Source: the human T2T-CHM13v2.0 reference genome, Homo sapiens
Length of the DNA: 64,000 nucleotides
Assembly: GCF_009914755.1 (NCBI RefSeq)
Contig: NC_060935.1
Strand: one strand, 5' to 3'
How positions within the stretch are numbered: position 1 is the first letter of the stretch; each line of letters begins with the position of its first letter. Under the pieces are notes generated by a model. The model did not search any database and was not told the DNA's origin. It was given only the letters and a program-made list of their open reading frames with translations. This document shows positions 14,100-26,670 of the stretch, piece after piece. The position numbers were made by a program, and so were the translations under genes.

Positions 14100-14870
14100 A
14101 TAAAAGTACCAAACTTATCTCCAATCCAGTAGAAAAAAATAGACAAAGAATATGAATATTCTATTTACAGAAGAACAAATACGAACAGCTAGTAAACATA
14201 TGAAAAGACACTTGGTCACACTGATAGTTAAAGAAATGCAGATCAAAACAACAGTGAAATTACATTCTTTTCCCTATCAGGTTGGTGAAAATGGAAAAGC
14301 TTGATAATTTTCCAGTGTTTACCCACAGGAAAGGGGCATCCTCATATGCTGTCGATGGGAGTGTCCACTGGTGAAACTATTTTGTAGGTCAATTTGGCAA
14401 TCAATACCTATCAAAATTTAAAACTTTTTGGCTCATTTATTCTATTATTAGAAATTTACTCTCCACTTACACCCATCCCCCAAAACATGCCAAGATAGGC
14501 ATATGTCACAGCAAAAAACTAGAAAAACGTAAGTGTCTTTGAGCAGAGACTGAGGTAAACGATGTATGGCACATTCAACAATGGAAAAATATGCAGCAGT
14601 TAACAAGAGTAATTAGTTTTGTAAGGACTGATAGTGAAACACCTCCTAGGTACGTTGTCAAAGGGAAAACCCAAGAACAGAGGATAAATGGGCTCTTTGG
14701 TATAAATAAAATATGAGCCTACACTTTCTTTTACGGAAGAATAGCAGAAAACTCTTTTGCTGTGGCCACCCTTGGAGAGAGGCAGCTAAGGAGCTAAGAC
14801 AAGTCACGCGTTCTTTTCTGACTTTCTGGACTCTGTACTTTCTGATCATGCACATCCAATTTTTTAAAGT
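14100..14870 (+). mobile_element. L1ME-type ORF2 end / 3' fragment
   Basis: tttacagaagaacaaatac...taaacatatgaaaagac...aagaaatgcagatcaaaacaacagtgaaatt. Confidence 0.75.
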
Positions 14871-16166
14871 CAACAGGAGTTACTGGGGCAATGAGATTAA
14901 AGGCCATTTTGTTTTCCTTACCCTTGCACACATCAAAAATCACTTATATTAAGTGCTGCAACTGACTATAATATTGTGTTAATATTATATAATGTGTTCA
15001 ATGCCACGCTGGTGAGGTGAGAGTGGAGGAGAGTCACATACACAAGCAGCTGGTGTACAGGAAAGGATCTGGAAGGAAAGATAGTGTCAATCACCCCAGT
15101 GGGTTTATTTGACAAGCTTGAGTTGTTCTTCCCTGGGAATAATCAGAAAAATAAGAAACTGGGGCTTGGGAGGTGGAAGGAGACAGTGGAGGTCGGGTAG
15201 AATAGAAGCTTTTCCATGCATCCTTGAGAGCCATGGAGGGGACAAAGGAAAAGTCTTCCCAGTTCTGGAAGGGCGTCATATGCCTTGCAGATGATGGGAA
15301 GCCCAAAGTGAGAGGGTCCCACTGGGCTTGTGGGGGCATGGGCAGCAGCCCCGCTGGGTGACCAGAAAGGTCTGGAATTCACCGCAGAATTGGGGGCGTG
15401 GTGCAAATCTCCCCACAGTTAGGGAGGTTGAAGAGGAAAAATAAAGATGCCTATTTTTCCATCTCAAGTGTCCAAGTTTATTTTCCTGTGGGACTAAGCT
15501 GCAGAGTACAGGTGACCCCTCTGTCTCCTTTACACTCTGCACCCAGCATGGTGCCCAGTGCACAGAAGGACCTGTGTGTGAAATGCATGGGATGCTGACA
15601 CAGTCTTTTCAGTCCGGCCTCTCATGTTCCTAACGCCTCCGTGTCTTACATAGATCCCTGCAAGCCTGCAGCCAGGTATCCTTTAGAGCCTAGAGTCGGC
15701 TGGCAGAAGATATTTATACATGCAAAGAAGCTCAAAGAACTCCTCTTGGAAAGCCTGACCTATTTCACCAGTTAGTGATATCTGAACAATAAAGATTCAT
15801 TTGACTTTATTAGATCAAATGTAAAACTGAATTTAAAATTAATTAAAAATGACGGCATACAGCTCCTTACAAAAACACCTTTGATGTGCATTCAACACAT
15901 TGAATAGCTAAAGTTAGGGAAGCCAATGAGTTTTCAATTATCCCAGCTACAGGCAGAAAGAGATAACATGGATAAAAGAAATCCACAGATAATCAAAATT
16001 AAAAATCCTTTATTCTTTCTTTCCATTTCAACTTTTGTCCCTAACACAATCTTGTTAAGACTCTAAGGAAAGCTCAGGTTTGTTCAATCTTCTCTTCTGT
16101 CCCTTTCTCTATTGAAGTAGAGATGTAAATAAGGTAAGAGAAAGTGGCCTGTCCTGAGAAAGCACT

Positions 16167-16635
16167 GTGTGTCAGAGCAGAGCTGGGCTGGACAGTCTTT
16201 GCTCCTCCAGCTCTTTTCTCTACCCTTCGCTGCCCTTTTCTGTGCCCCAGGAGGCTGAGCTTTTGGGGTGATATCAATGGAATTCTTTTCCCTTTGACTT
16301 CCGGTTAGGGTTAGGCTATTGGAGCCACCAGCCTCAGAGGACAGAAAAGAGAGAGGCTGGGTTGTTTATTCCCCCAACTCTTCCCTGCTAGGCTATAGTT
16401 GTTAGTAGTGGCTTCTTTCTTCTACCTAAGGCATGGCTGCTGTCCAGCATCTTCTCCTGTAGCCATAGCTCTCAGTAACTACTCCTGCCCTTTCCTATTT
16501 AGGCCTAGTGGGTAGTAACAGTTTCCTGGTGTTGCTAATCCTGGGGTGCTGCGCTATCTCACCGGCTTTCTGAAACCCTGCTCCTCTCTCAACCCTCCTC
16601 AGTTACTCCATTTGAGTGCCTATCAGTTCCCCACA
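16167..16635 (+). mobile_element. LTR33-like ERVL solo LTR
   Basis: ctgtgccccaggaggctga...tttattcccccaactcttccctg...ctcctcagttactccatttgagtg. Confidence 0.65.
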
Positions 16636-17139
16636 CTTGCCATGTATTGTAGCATTTCATGTCCTCATTTTCCAGGGAAGTGGAGAGGCTGAAAGAGGGT
16701 AACTGCTTTGCCTAAGGCCACATCACCAGGCACTGGCAGAACCAGAATCCCAAGCCAGGACTGCCCAGTGCCAAAGCTTGGAGATCTGACAACTCGATTT
16801 CACCAGTGGGAAACCAAAGCAATCAGTGAGAATCTGCAAAATGGTGTCACCTACAAGAGAACCATTTGAGTTTCCATCTCAGAGTTCAAAGGGTTCAGAG
16901 GCTGGATCTTTAAGACTGTCCATGTCAGGTTTGTCTGGACCTGTTAGGAATCCTGCTGTTTATCAATGACTTTGTCTCTTGGATTTTAACTTTTAAAGGT
17001 CCTGTCTCATTTGTGGCTCCTGGACTCTGAGCCTCACACAGGAGACTTTCAGATTTCAGGCTTTCATTGGGTGATAGGGCTTTCTGGGAATAGGGCTTGA
17101 GAGTGAGGTGGAAACTCAGTTACGTTACTAATCATGTCC

Positions 17140-17420
17140 TCATTCATCCATCCATCTGGTCACTGTGCAATTACTAAGGGCCTGTGGAGTGACCAAGATG
17201 AGCAAGACATAACAGATGGCTCCTCATCTAGTCAGGATCAGTGACAAAGTCTTCCTGTAGAAAGCAACCACTGAGCTGCAATTTAAAGGATAAGCAGGAG
17301 TGGGCATGTTGTGGATATGAGAGACAGAGCAGTGAATGAAGGAAGGCAGGAGCATTCCAGGCAGAAGAGGTGGCCTGAGCACAGGATGCATGCAGGTGGT
17401 AGGAGATGGGCTGGAGGGGC
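17140..17420 (-). mobile_element. L2 fragment
   Basis: ctgagctgcaatttaaaggataagcaggag...gagcattccaggcagaagagg. Confidence 0.65.
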
Positions 17421-18399
17421 ACATATGGACCAATCATGGTGGGCATTGTTCAGTGTACTAAGGAACTAGGCCTCAAGTATCAGACTGGGGCCCAAGGTCT
17501 GGGCCAGCCTAGTAGCCTCTCAATCTGAATGTTGTGTCCCAAAGGGTTGTTATGCCACTTCTTAAAGAATTAAAAAAAAATTTCCCAAACCTATTTAGAA
17601 GTAGAGATAATAGTTCAATGAACTCCTATAGACTCAGCATTCAGGATGCTGTTCCTTAATCACCTCCAGTTTCAGGTAAAGACTGAATCTAGTGCCAGGA
17701 GCTCACCAAGGCTGTGGTGCAAATGTCCTCAGCTAGAGGGAGAGGACACCAGCCAGAGGTGCTCCTTGAGCCTAATAGAAACAATGGCCAGCAAATACTG
17801 ATCCACTTGCTTCTTTTCATCTGCATCTTGGAAGGGTGGAGGGTGGAGGGGCCCACAGCTAATGCAACAAAGTTAATAAACTAGAAATAGTTGACACGTG
17901 TCTTTGACACACAGGCTGCCAAACCATCTGCCAGGGAGGTTGAGAGCCTCCTCTAGTAGAGGTTTCTGGAGTAAAAAGGAATACACAGGCTATCAGAGCA
18001 GGTCACACAGAATCTCACACTGGCCCATTATTAAGGCCACCACATTGCTGCTCAGAAGGGGAAATTTCAAACTGAACTTGAGACCAAAGAGCATCCTGAC
18101 TCCACAAATGCTATCATTAAGGATCATCATAGATAATGTGGTTTTAACTAGAAGGGCTGAGGTACTGGCAAATGTTCAAAAGACTTGTCACGTGAGAATC
18201 CACCAGCACCATGGTGAAAACAGCCTGCAGAATGAGAGTCTGCTCAGGTGCAAGAGTTTAAGCCTTCTTCCTGCAAACACCTGCGAGGTGAGGGGTTCAC
18301 TCAATCCATGGTACAGACAGGTTGGGTGGAAAACTTGGTGTTATCCCCCTTACATTAATGGGGAGAGGAGAGGGGTTTGGTGTCTTGTCATGTGCTGAG

Positions 18400-18580
18400 A
18401 TGGAAAGGGTTTTAGAGTCAGACAAATAGGCCTTTGGAGTCAGATAAATAGGCCTCTCTATTAGTTACGATGATGAGACCTTGGACAAGATGCATAACCT
18501 TTCTGAGCCTTGATTTCATGTGTAAAATGGAGACAACTACATCTACATTCTGCAGGGCTAACCAAAGGTTTAAGTGAATT
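18400..18580 (+). mobile_element. MIR SINE
   Basis: gagtcagac...gagaccttggacaag...ttctgagccttgatttcatgtgtaaaatgg. Confidence 0.7.
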
Positions 18581-19729
18581 AATGCATCTCCACACTGGTA
18601 CAGGTGACTATTATACAATGGATGGTCAGAAAGCATTACTTTCTTCCATTTTCCAGCCTCCCCAAGCTAGTAGGCAGTGGGGCCTCCATTCAAACTCAAG
18701 TCTTTGTGAATTCTAAGGCTGGCCCCCTTCAATAACTCTATACAACTTCTCATCCTTCCTTGGTAAGGGCCAGGACAGGGCTTTATTTCACAAGGTCAAG
18801 TGTGCAGTAAGTGAAAGTGGCCTTGACTTGTAATACACCAGTTTCCAAATGTGAGAAGTTTCCTGCCTGCATCTCTAAATCCTATCAGCCTCCTGCACCA
18901 GGGAATCTTTACTGACAGTGAATGCATTAAATACCAATAGATGGCTGGGCTTCTGAGCACATCACATAATCCTTGTCTGCTAACAGAGCCAGGGGCTTAA
19001 GCGGATGCAGTTATTTCAACCAGGGAGGCTCAGGCAAAGCTGTTTGTCTCTTTTTAAGCAAGTGCTCCCCCACCGGCTCCCTGGCTCACTAGAATGATGT
19101 GTCTGTCATTTATTCATGCAAGCCGCCCACCTCTCTAGGCAGGCAAATCATCTTTATGCTCATCTGAAGAAAAACATGCCCGAGATGAGCAATCTGAAGC
19201 TGAGTTCCAGTCCTGGCCCCCCCCACCTACTAGCTGTATGGCCAGGGATAGTTTCTTCATTCTTCTGGTTCATTCCAAAATAGTGAAGATCACACATATT
19301 TGGTTCACAATGCAGAGAATTACAGTGCACTAGGTCACGTGCTCAGTGTTGAATTAGCTCGTATTTCTCAAAGGAGTTGGAGGGTGTTCCTAGGACAGAA
19401 GTAGGTGTGCCATAATGAGAATATTGCTTGGCCAAAAGGAGGGTTTCATCAGTTATGTACCTACGCAGACTACTTTGCACAGCTTGGTCAAGGATCAAAT
19501 AAGATACAGAATGTAAAGTGTAAAGTACTGTTCAAAAGTAAACTAGTATGAATTCATCTATCTGTGCATCTACCCATTCATACACTGTTTCCTCCACCTA
19601 TCCATCTAATTCAACAATAAATATTTACTATCTGTTACATGTTAAGTCCTAGGCATTGGACATACATCAATGAAAAAAATATGTAAAAATTCCTTCCTTC
19701 CTAGAACATACATTCTAATGAAATCTACC

Positions 19730-20002
19730 TATCTATCTTCATCTACCCAGCCATCTGTCCATCCATCCATCTATCCATGCATCCATCCATCCATCCATCC
19801 ATCCATCCACCCACCTACCTACCCATATACTCACTCACCCATCCACTCATCCATGCATCTATCCACTCATCCATCCACCTATCCATCCATCCATCCCTCC
19901 ACCCATCCACTCCCCCATCCATCCATCCATCCATCTATCCATCCATCCATCCATCCATCCATCCATCCATCCATCCATCCATGCACACCCATCCATCCAT
20001 CC
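19730..20002. repeat. (TCCA)n/(CATC)n degenerate tetranucleotide array
   Basis: ~270 bp of atcc units, next to antisense L2 3' ends. Confidence 0.95.
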
Positions 20003-20281
20003 CTATACCCATGAACTCAATCACCAAGTATCCATTAAACATCTACTATGTACTCACTATGGCGCTAGGTACCAGCAAGCAATTAAAAGAGAAAAAATCT
20101 CAACAACTCTCTTTTGTTGTCATTTACTGTAGTCACGCAAGATGGGTTAATATCACATCGCTTGCTGACAAGATCCCTGGGCTCTGAGCATCTTATTATG
20201 GCCACTTCTCAGACCTACCAGTTAAAGAGCTATGTGATGCAGGAAACTGTTAATAATCAACTTAGTGGGATACAGTGAGCA

Positions 20282-20295
20282 CTGCCACCTGGAGG
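20282..20295 (-). promoter_or_regulatory. candidate CTCF site
   Basis: Minus strand CCTCCAGGTGGCAG, 13/14 to CCASYAGRKGGCRS. Confidence 0.5.
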
Positions 20296-20486
20296 GCTGT
20301 GGGTGGTGGAGAGAAGTGGCTTTTTATATGGAGGTTACAATTTTTTTGTAGAATGAACAAACATTGTGCCTCAAACATAGTTGTACATCTGTTTCTCATG
20401 TGAGAATAGATATTGTTGTGACAAAATATAACTTCATTTAAGGGCATCGGTGAGCCGATAGTCACTTTCAATCATTACTTAACATC

Positions 20487-20620
20487 AGAGTTGTGACTAG
20501 GGTAAGGTGAGCGAGGCACCAAGGGTAAAAATTTTCAGGAGGCACTGAGTGCTGACCCTGTGATGGCTCCACCCTGATTGCGAGTGCTTCCTTAATTTCT
20601 ACCCCAGGATGCCTCACCTA
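20487..20620. mobile_element. MER96-like hAT-Tip100 MITE
   Basis: ctagggtaaggtgagcgaggcaccaagggtaaaaattttcaggaggcact...agtgcttccttaattt...gcctcacc, internal palindromic arms. Confidence 0.6.
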
Positions 20621-20649
20621 CATCTTATCAGCAGTATAGTAAGAACATC

Positions 20650-20850
20650 CCTTTAATGAACACATTCCATATGTCTGGACATGTGCTATGTATACTTGGC
20701 ATATATTATCTTACTTAGCTTTTACAATCACCTTAAAAAATAGAGATTGTTAGCTCCACTTTACAGAAGAGTAAGCTGAGGCTAAAGAAGGCATATGATT
20801 TACTTCAGGTAATGGAACCAGGGAACCTAGGTCTGTCTGTTTTCTGACCA
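20650..20850 (-). mobile_element. MIR SINE
   Basis: ccactttacagaagagtaagctgaggct. Confidence 0.65.
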
Positions 20851-22959
20851 GAGAACTCTTCAGGGGCAGGAGATCTGCCTTGTTCTTCCCTGTTGCCCAG
20901 TATGCGGTAGAGGGACTCAGTGGACTCGTGACTGTGGACTCCATAAATTACCATTTGCTTTAATTCAACTCCCTTCTTCCTCCTCAAGCAGCACGCCTCC
21001 GGTGCCAACTCAAGGCTCTCCAAGGCTGTACCTCATTACTGCCAAAAGGGCCCTCCCACCTGCCCAGTATTCCCTACTCCTGACACAGACTGGCCTGAGG
21101 TTCTTCTGGGGATCCAACCCCAGATAATGCCAAATCTTCCCCCAACCCACTTCATTCCCCTCTCTTACAACTCCTTGACCAAAGGGACAACTGGGCTATG
21201 AAAACGATGTTTCCTGAGCTCAGAATTTCTTCTTGGAAACAGAGCAAAAGAAATAGATGAAAATGAGGCAATTTAGAGAGATCAGCCAAGTCAATTTGTG
21301 ATAACCTGGGTTCTAAAGTGGCCATAATTGAGTGACAATTTGCCATGAGGCACAGGGGGCAGTATTCCTATTTGCCTTGACCTGGCAGGTTGGAGAGGGA
21401 GGCTGTCTAGTGGGTAATTTCTGACCTGAGCCATGGAGACTGGACCTTTTGTGTGGAAAGTTCACTGGGAAGTACGACCCCCTGACCCTGGGTCCAGACA
21501 TAATTTCATACCTGGAGATCGACCTCTGCAGAAAAACTGAGCTGAACTAGCAGGGTAGCCTCCATGCTTGTGTGTGGGGAAAGCTGATAGATCTGACCCC
21601 ACAAACCTGTACCAAACCCTGCTCCAGGGGCTGTGGAATGGACATTCATTAGACACAAACTCTGTTCCCGGTCCCATGCTAGGCCTGTTCCTGTGAATTC
21701 CTTCAAGAAATGCTTGCTGTGATTCCATGAAATGCTGGGGGAAGCATCCTGGTTTCTTTTGGGGATGATGGAAATGTCCTAAAATAGATTGGCTTGGCTT
21801 GGGAATGAGCCCCCACAGTATCTTCGGCTCTATATGGAACCCCACACCAGGAACCCCTGGGGACAGCTCTTCCCACCTTCCTTGGGTCTGGAGGCTGGGC
21901 TGGGAATATACAGAGAGAGAGAGCTGTGGGTTTTGTAGGACGTGATGGCTTCTACAATTTTTTTGGTTTGCTTTTCTTTAGGAGGAGGAGCGCTATGTGT
22001 TTGGAGATGAAACCATTTAAAAAGCACAGATCTTGACAAAACAAAGCCAGTGGCTTCTTCCTCTGCAGCCTCTCAAATTTCTTTCCTGACCCCCAGAGAC
22101 AAATACTGGGGCAGGCCTCTGAGTCCCTCCAAAGAAAGATGTTATGCTGCCAACATTTGGTTTCTTATAACCTCTGGATGGATGAAAGCAAGTCATATGC
22201 ATGGTCCATGGGGATGCCAAAGGGGCCTGCGGAGGAACATGAGATCACAGCCCTGTAAGGATTTTCTTATATTTTGAAGAAATAGCCTTCGGGATAGATT
22301 ACTTTTCTTGAGGCAGAGACCATAAGATGGAAGACAAAAGCCTCAGAGCTAGGAGTCTGAAGTTTCAATGGTGTGTGAGTACCCATCACGTGCCAGGCGC
22401 CACCTGCATCTTCTGAGACACGATGGGTCCCAGCTCTGCACTGGACCCAGGAAAGTCTTGGAGGCTCAGTTTTCTCACCCACAAAATGGGGTCAATAATG
22501 ACGCCTGCCTCACTGGGCTGCTGTGAGAGGGCATGGAAAGGCTGAGAGGTTGCAAAGTGCTGTGTAGTGCACAGTTTATGGGTGCTTTTCCTGTGTTCTT
22601 TCACAGGCTCTATTCACAGAGCCCAGCCATTGGTCTGACACTCCAATCTGGACTCTTCTTTGAAAATTACCAGATTCAACAAAAAACATCTGGCTCAGGG
22701 TAGGGAGCCCCAAAGGAAGTGGACGCCAGTCTTGATGACTAAATTACTACTAGCCCTTGCTAGAACTGAAAACAAATTTTATAACTGTAAACTGCTCGTT
22801 CCATCCATTTCCCCTAGTCTTTGAAGATCCGTCTCTTTCCCAACCCCATTTCCTCACTACAGCAAGAAGAGATGCTTCAGAAATGAGACCTCAAGATGTA
22901 ACTCTGAAAACAATTTAAAAAGGAATGTGTGACCCAGCAAGTGGCAGAGGTGCTTGGAG

Positions 22960-23185
22960 AAGCAGCTTGGTGTATTAGGTTTAAAGAACAAGACTTAGAG
23001 TCAAATCCCGGCTAAGCCTTAGGCTGGCTGTGTGATCCTAGACACATTTCTTAATATCTCTGAGTCTTTTAAGTATCTTACCTGTAAAGTGAGGATAATG
23101 ACAATTACATGGGAGGATATCTTCGAGGAAAAAAATGAGATGATACATATAGGTGACTAATAGAGGCAGTGCTTAATAAATATTC
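22960..23185 (+). mobile_element. MIR SINE
   Basis: gagtcaaatcccggc...ctgtgtgatcctagac...cctgtaaagtgaggataatg. Confidence 0.75.
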
Positions 23186-24073
23186 CCTGAATTGAGTCGA
23201 ATTGAATCAGTGCATGCTATCTCTCTCCCTTCCCTAACACCTTTGCTGAAAGCTCAGCTTTTGTAGCTCTCCCTGACCACCTGCCCAGCACAACATTCTT
23301 TTCCAATGGGCTCAGTGGCGAGAGGAAGATGGAAAGCATTTGGCCAGAACGCAGACCTCATTAACTCCCGTGTCTCTCCATCTGCTATCTATCAGGAACC
23401 CAATGCATGGAGGCAGGTGACCAATAAAAGCCCTCCCGTTTCCCTTTGTCTCTGGGCCAGTGCATGACAGTGCAAAGCTGTCCACAACTGTGGGCCCCGT
23501 CAGGGCTCTGCTCTGGCCGTCTGACTCCTAGCAAGAGCAGAGACTTTGCTGGGCTGAGAAGAAGGAAGCTGAGTTCACAGCCAACTCAGAGGCAGCAGCT
23601 GGGCCCACCTGGCCTTGTCTGTAAGTCAAGGGGGAGTCTGAAAAACCAGCAAATGGCACCGCAAACATGGTGAAGTAACGAGGTCATTATGTACAGCACA
23701 AAAATCTACAATTCAAATGAGTTTCTTTATTTCCCAAGGGCATTGAGAACATTGCTTGTTTTACAAAAGTGAGACGTGCACTCTAGTTTTTCCAGAAACA
23801 TGGAGTTTGCAGAAAGAAAGGTGCAAAGAGTCCATGTAGACAATAAATGCTCAGTAAAATGTGAGCTGTTGTTACTACAGAAAATGTCTGCTGAGAACTC
23901 CTTCACACTTGTTGCAGGTGGTATGCAGGTTTGCCCCTAAATGTCCAGGTAGCCAATGGAAAGTAGTAAACATGATTAGTTTTAATCAGTATCACAATTT
24001 CCAATGTCTAACAGTAACCCTAGTAACCCAGGACCAGCACCACTGTTAATGCTACTAAAACCAGGGACGAATA

Positions 24074-24305
24074 CAGCTCTCCCTTGGTATATATGGGAAA
24101 CTGATTCCAACACACCCTCCAGTTTATTGAAATCTGTGCAAACTTAACCACATATGAGAAAAGTGGGCCTAGACCTCCCTATGCATGGCCTACGGGGCTT
24201 CGCATCCCTTGAATATGGTATTTTCCATCAACATTTGGTTTAAAAATAATCTGTGTATTAAGTGGACCTATGCAGTTCAAACCCACTTTGATCTAGAGTC
24301 AACTG
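24074..24305. mobile_element. MER8 TcMar-Tigger MITE
   Basis: TA-cagctctcccttgg...aagtggacctatgcagttcaaaccc...gtcaactg-TA. Confidence 0.8.
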
Positions 24306-24934
24306 TAGTATCTTCCTTAGGTCTTCCAGAATGGACATTGTGTAATGAGAAAAAAGAGATGTTCAAGTAGGAACTGCAAGCGCCGTTTTGCTGATGCTGA
24401 CCATTGCTCTTACTTATCAGTGTCCGACTGTGAAGAAACCAGGCTATCCTTCTCACTGAGATACCACGGGAGCAGTGAAAACATGGCCGGCACGGGTGCT
24501 TTACAATCCCAAGCTACCCGGGCTCAACATCTATCTTTTGGCCTTCCTGTTTTGTCACTAGTGGAATTAGAGTATTATTAATCAACCAATCAGCCAAATA
24601 AGGCTCATTACCATTAAAGAAGAGAAAGTAAGCTTTATTTATGCAATTATAAGGCATTTACAAAACAAAGGGATTATTATTAATACTTGAGCCTGGCAAT
24701 CTTCCCAGAGTGGTAAACCGACAAGGGCTTTGTTCTTGAAGAGGCAACACAGCAGTAACGGATTCCCGTCCCCCTGCTCTAAGCTCTGGGTGTGTGGCAA
24801 TACCTCCTGAATATTCAAGGAAGGTTCTGAGGGCCTCCTCTTCCCCTCAGTGTTGTTTGGGGAAAACATCAGTGGGTTGGGATTAGGAGGCTGGTGTACT
24901 ACGTGACCCCAGCCCAAACAAACAAAATCTCTGG

Positions 24935-25125
24935 GCCGTGGTTTCCCAGCAGTTACACGTTGGAAATGGGACTAAAATCACAGGGTAGGACTTGTAGAAA
25001 ATACTTGGATCCCATTCCCATTTCAAACCAATGGAATCAGAATCTCCGACGGTGGGGTCCCAAAATAGTATGTTCAAAAACTGTTCTAGGTGATTCTAGA
25101 ACATAAGCAGGGGCTGCAAACCACG
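24935..25125. mobile_element. MER5B-like hAT-Charlie
   Basis: gaatcagaatctccgacggtggggtccc...aggtgattcta...gggctgcaaaccac. Confidence 0.6.
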
Positions 25126-25611
25126 ACTTGGATGCCCTCTAAGTCCATTCTGTTTATACCTCTGGTCTTGTCAACACTTAGGATTTCTCAGAGACACCTG
25201 TTCCTGGGTTATCAAAGGCAAATGTCTGCAGAGGGTCTGCAGGCAACCTAATGAGTGGAGGCAGCCAGGTGTGGGGCCAAAGGTGTTCAGCTGCCTGTAG
25301 ACGAAGCATAACACCTGCCTGGGTAGAATGTTTTTTGAGATACAGTACAGGAAAAATCAAATGGCACACACAGCCTACAGCCCTCAGTTTGAGACCCCGG
25401 ACAAACTGACAGATCTCAGTTCCTTTTAGATGGCTAGCTCACTGCCTTGTAATGCATGAAACTGCATGCTCCCTGGTGACACAGGCCATTTCTTGTTTGA
25501 CTTTATATCAGAAGCCCTAGGCACATGAATGAAGGGGTGAGTGGGTGGGTCTCGGACATTCCTTGGTTCTTCAGTTTCACATTGCGTGATAAAGACTTTA
25601 GGAGTCTAGGC

Positions 25612-25892
25612 CTGCACTGTTCAATACTGCAGCCATTGGCCACATGTGGCTATGGAGCCCTTGAAACGCGGCTCATCCAAAGTGTAAAATACATATCACA
25701 TTTCAAAGACTTAGAGTGAAAACAAGAATTTACATTTTTCTTAAATTTTTAAACAAATTACATGTCGAAATGATATTTTGAATAGATTGTGTTACATGTA
25801 TGATTAAAATTAATTTCCCCTGTTTCTGTTCATTTTTTTAAATGCAACTACTAGAAAATTAAAAATATTATATTTCCATTGGAGTGTGCGGC
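25612..25892. mobile_element. MER33 hAT-Charlie
   Basis: ctgcactgttcaatactgcagccattggccacatgtggcta...ctactagaaaattaaaaat. Confidence 0.75.
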
Positions 25893-26229
25893 TCTGAGCC
25901 ATTTTGCTTTCATCTACTTTTCACATATATATCCATGTCAGCCTTGTGTGTGATTTTTTTTTAACATTTCTCTCCTATCAATAAACTCTATCTTTCTCGC
26001 TTCTCATCTTCCAGTAGGATTATAATAAAACAGCATGAGAGATGGGGAGGAAACAGGGCTTTGGATTAAAAACCTAGTCCTTCTCTCAGCCTAGGAGGTT
26101 ATGCTATCTGTTCCCGTCTCTCACCTTCTACCCAGGGTATTTTCTTGTAAATGACCATGGCAACTGTCTCAGCTCCCTCCCACAAAGATTTCCTCTCTCT
26201 GATGCCTTTCTTCTCATTTCCTACTCTCA

Positions 26230-26670
26230 GAACTCTTATTCATCCTTCAAGACCCAGATTAAATGCTACCTCCTTCTGGGAAGCCCTATCTGATTTCCCA
26301 GGTGGAGTAAGTAGCACTCCCACTTGCCTCTCCGGCACTCAGCTCTTACTGCTGTTGTAACACTTCTCCCAGGAATGACTGTGATCCTTTGACCAGCTGG
26401 CCTACGTCATAAGACTTACTGAGTGCAGGGCTGATCTATTCTGTGTTCCCAAGGTCTGACTCAAGATCTGACATGTGCTCAGTAAATGTTAGATGAATGG
26501 ATAGATCTCACGCATCAAGGGAAGTATCTTTATACATTCCTTAATCTTCTCAACAAATATCTACTGCATACCTACTAAGTGTCAACCATACCAAGCACAC
26601 TCTAGGCACAGGGAATACTGCAATGAGCAAAATAGTCAAAAATGCCTGCTTTTATGGAGCTTTCCTGCTT
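26230..26670. mobile_element. L2 fragments (tail-to-tail)
   Basis: catccttcaagacccag...gtgctcagtaaatgttagatgaatg (+), then tcaacaaatatctactgcatacctac (-). Confidence 0.65.

Noticed and set aside
18200-18220. REST/NRSE-like ccagcaccatgg
   Set aside because: Right half-site (GGACAG) absent
19670-20187. HPSI-repeat ORFs (114 and 136 aa)
   Set aside because: Translation of the (TCCA)n simple repeat
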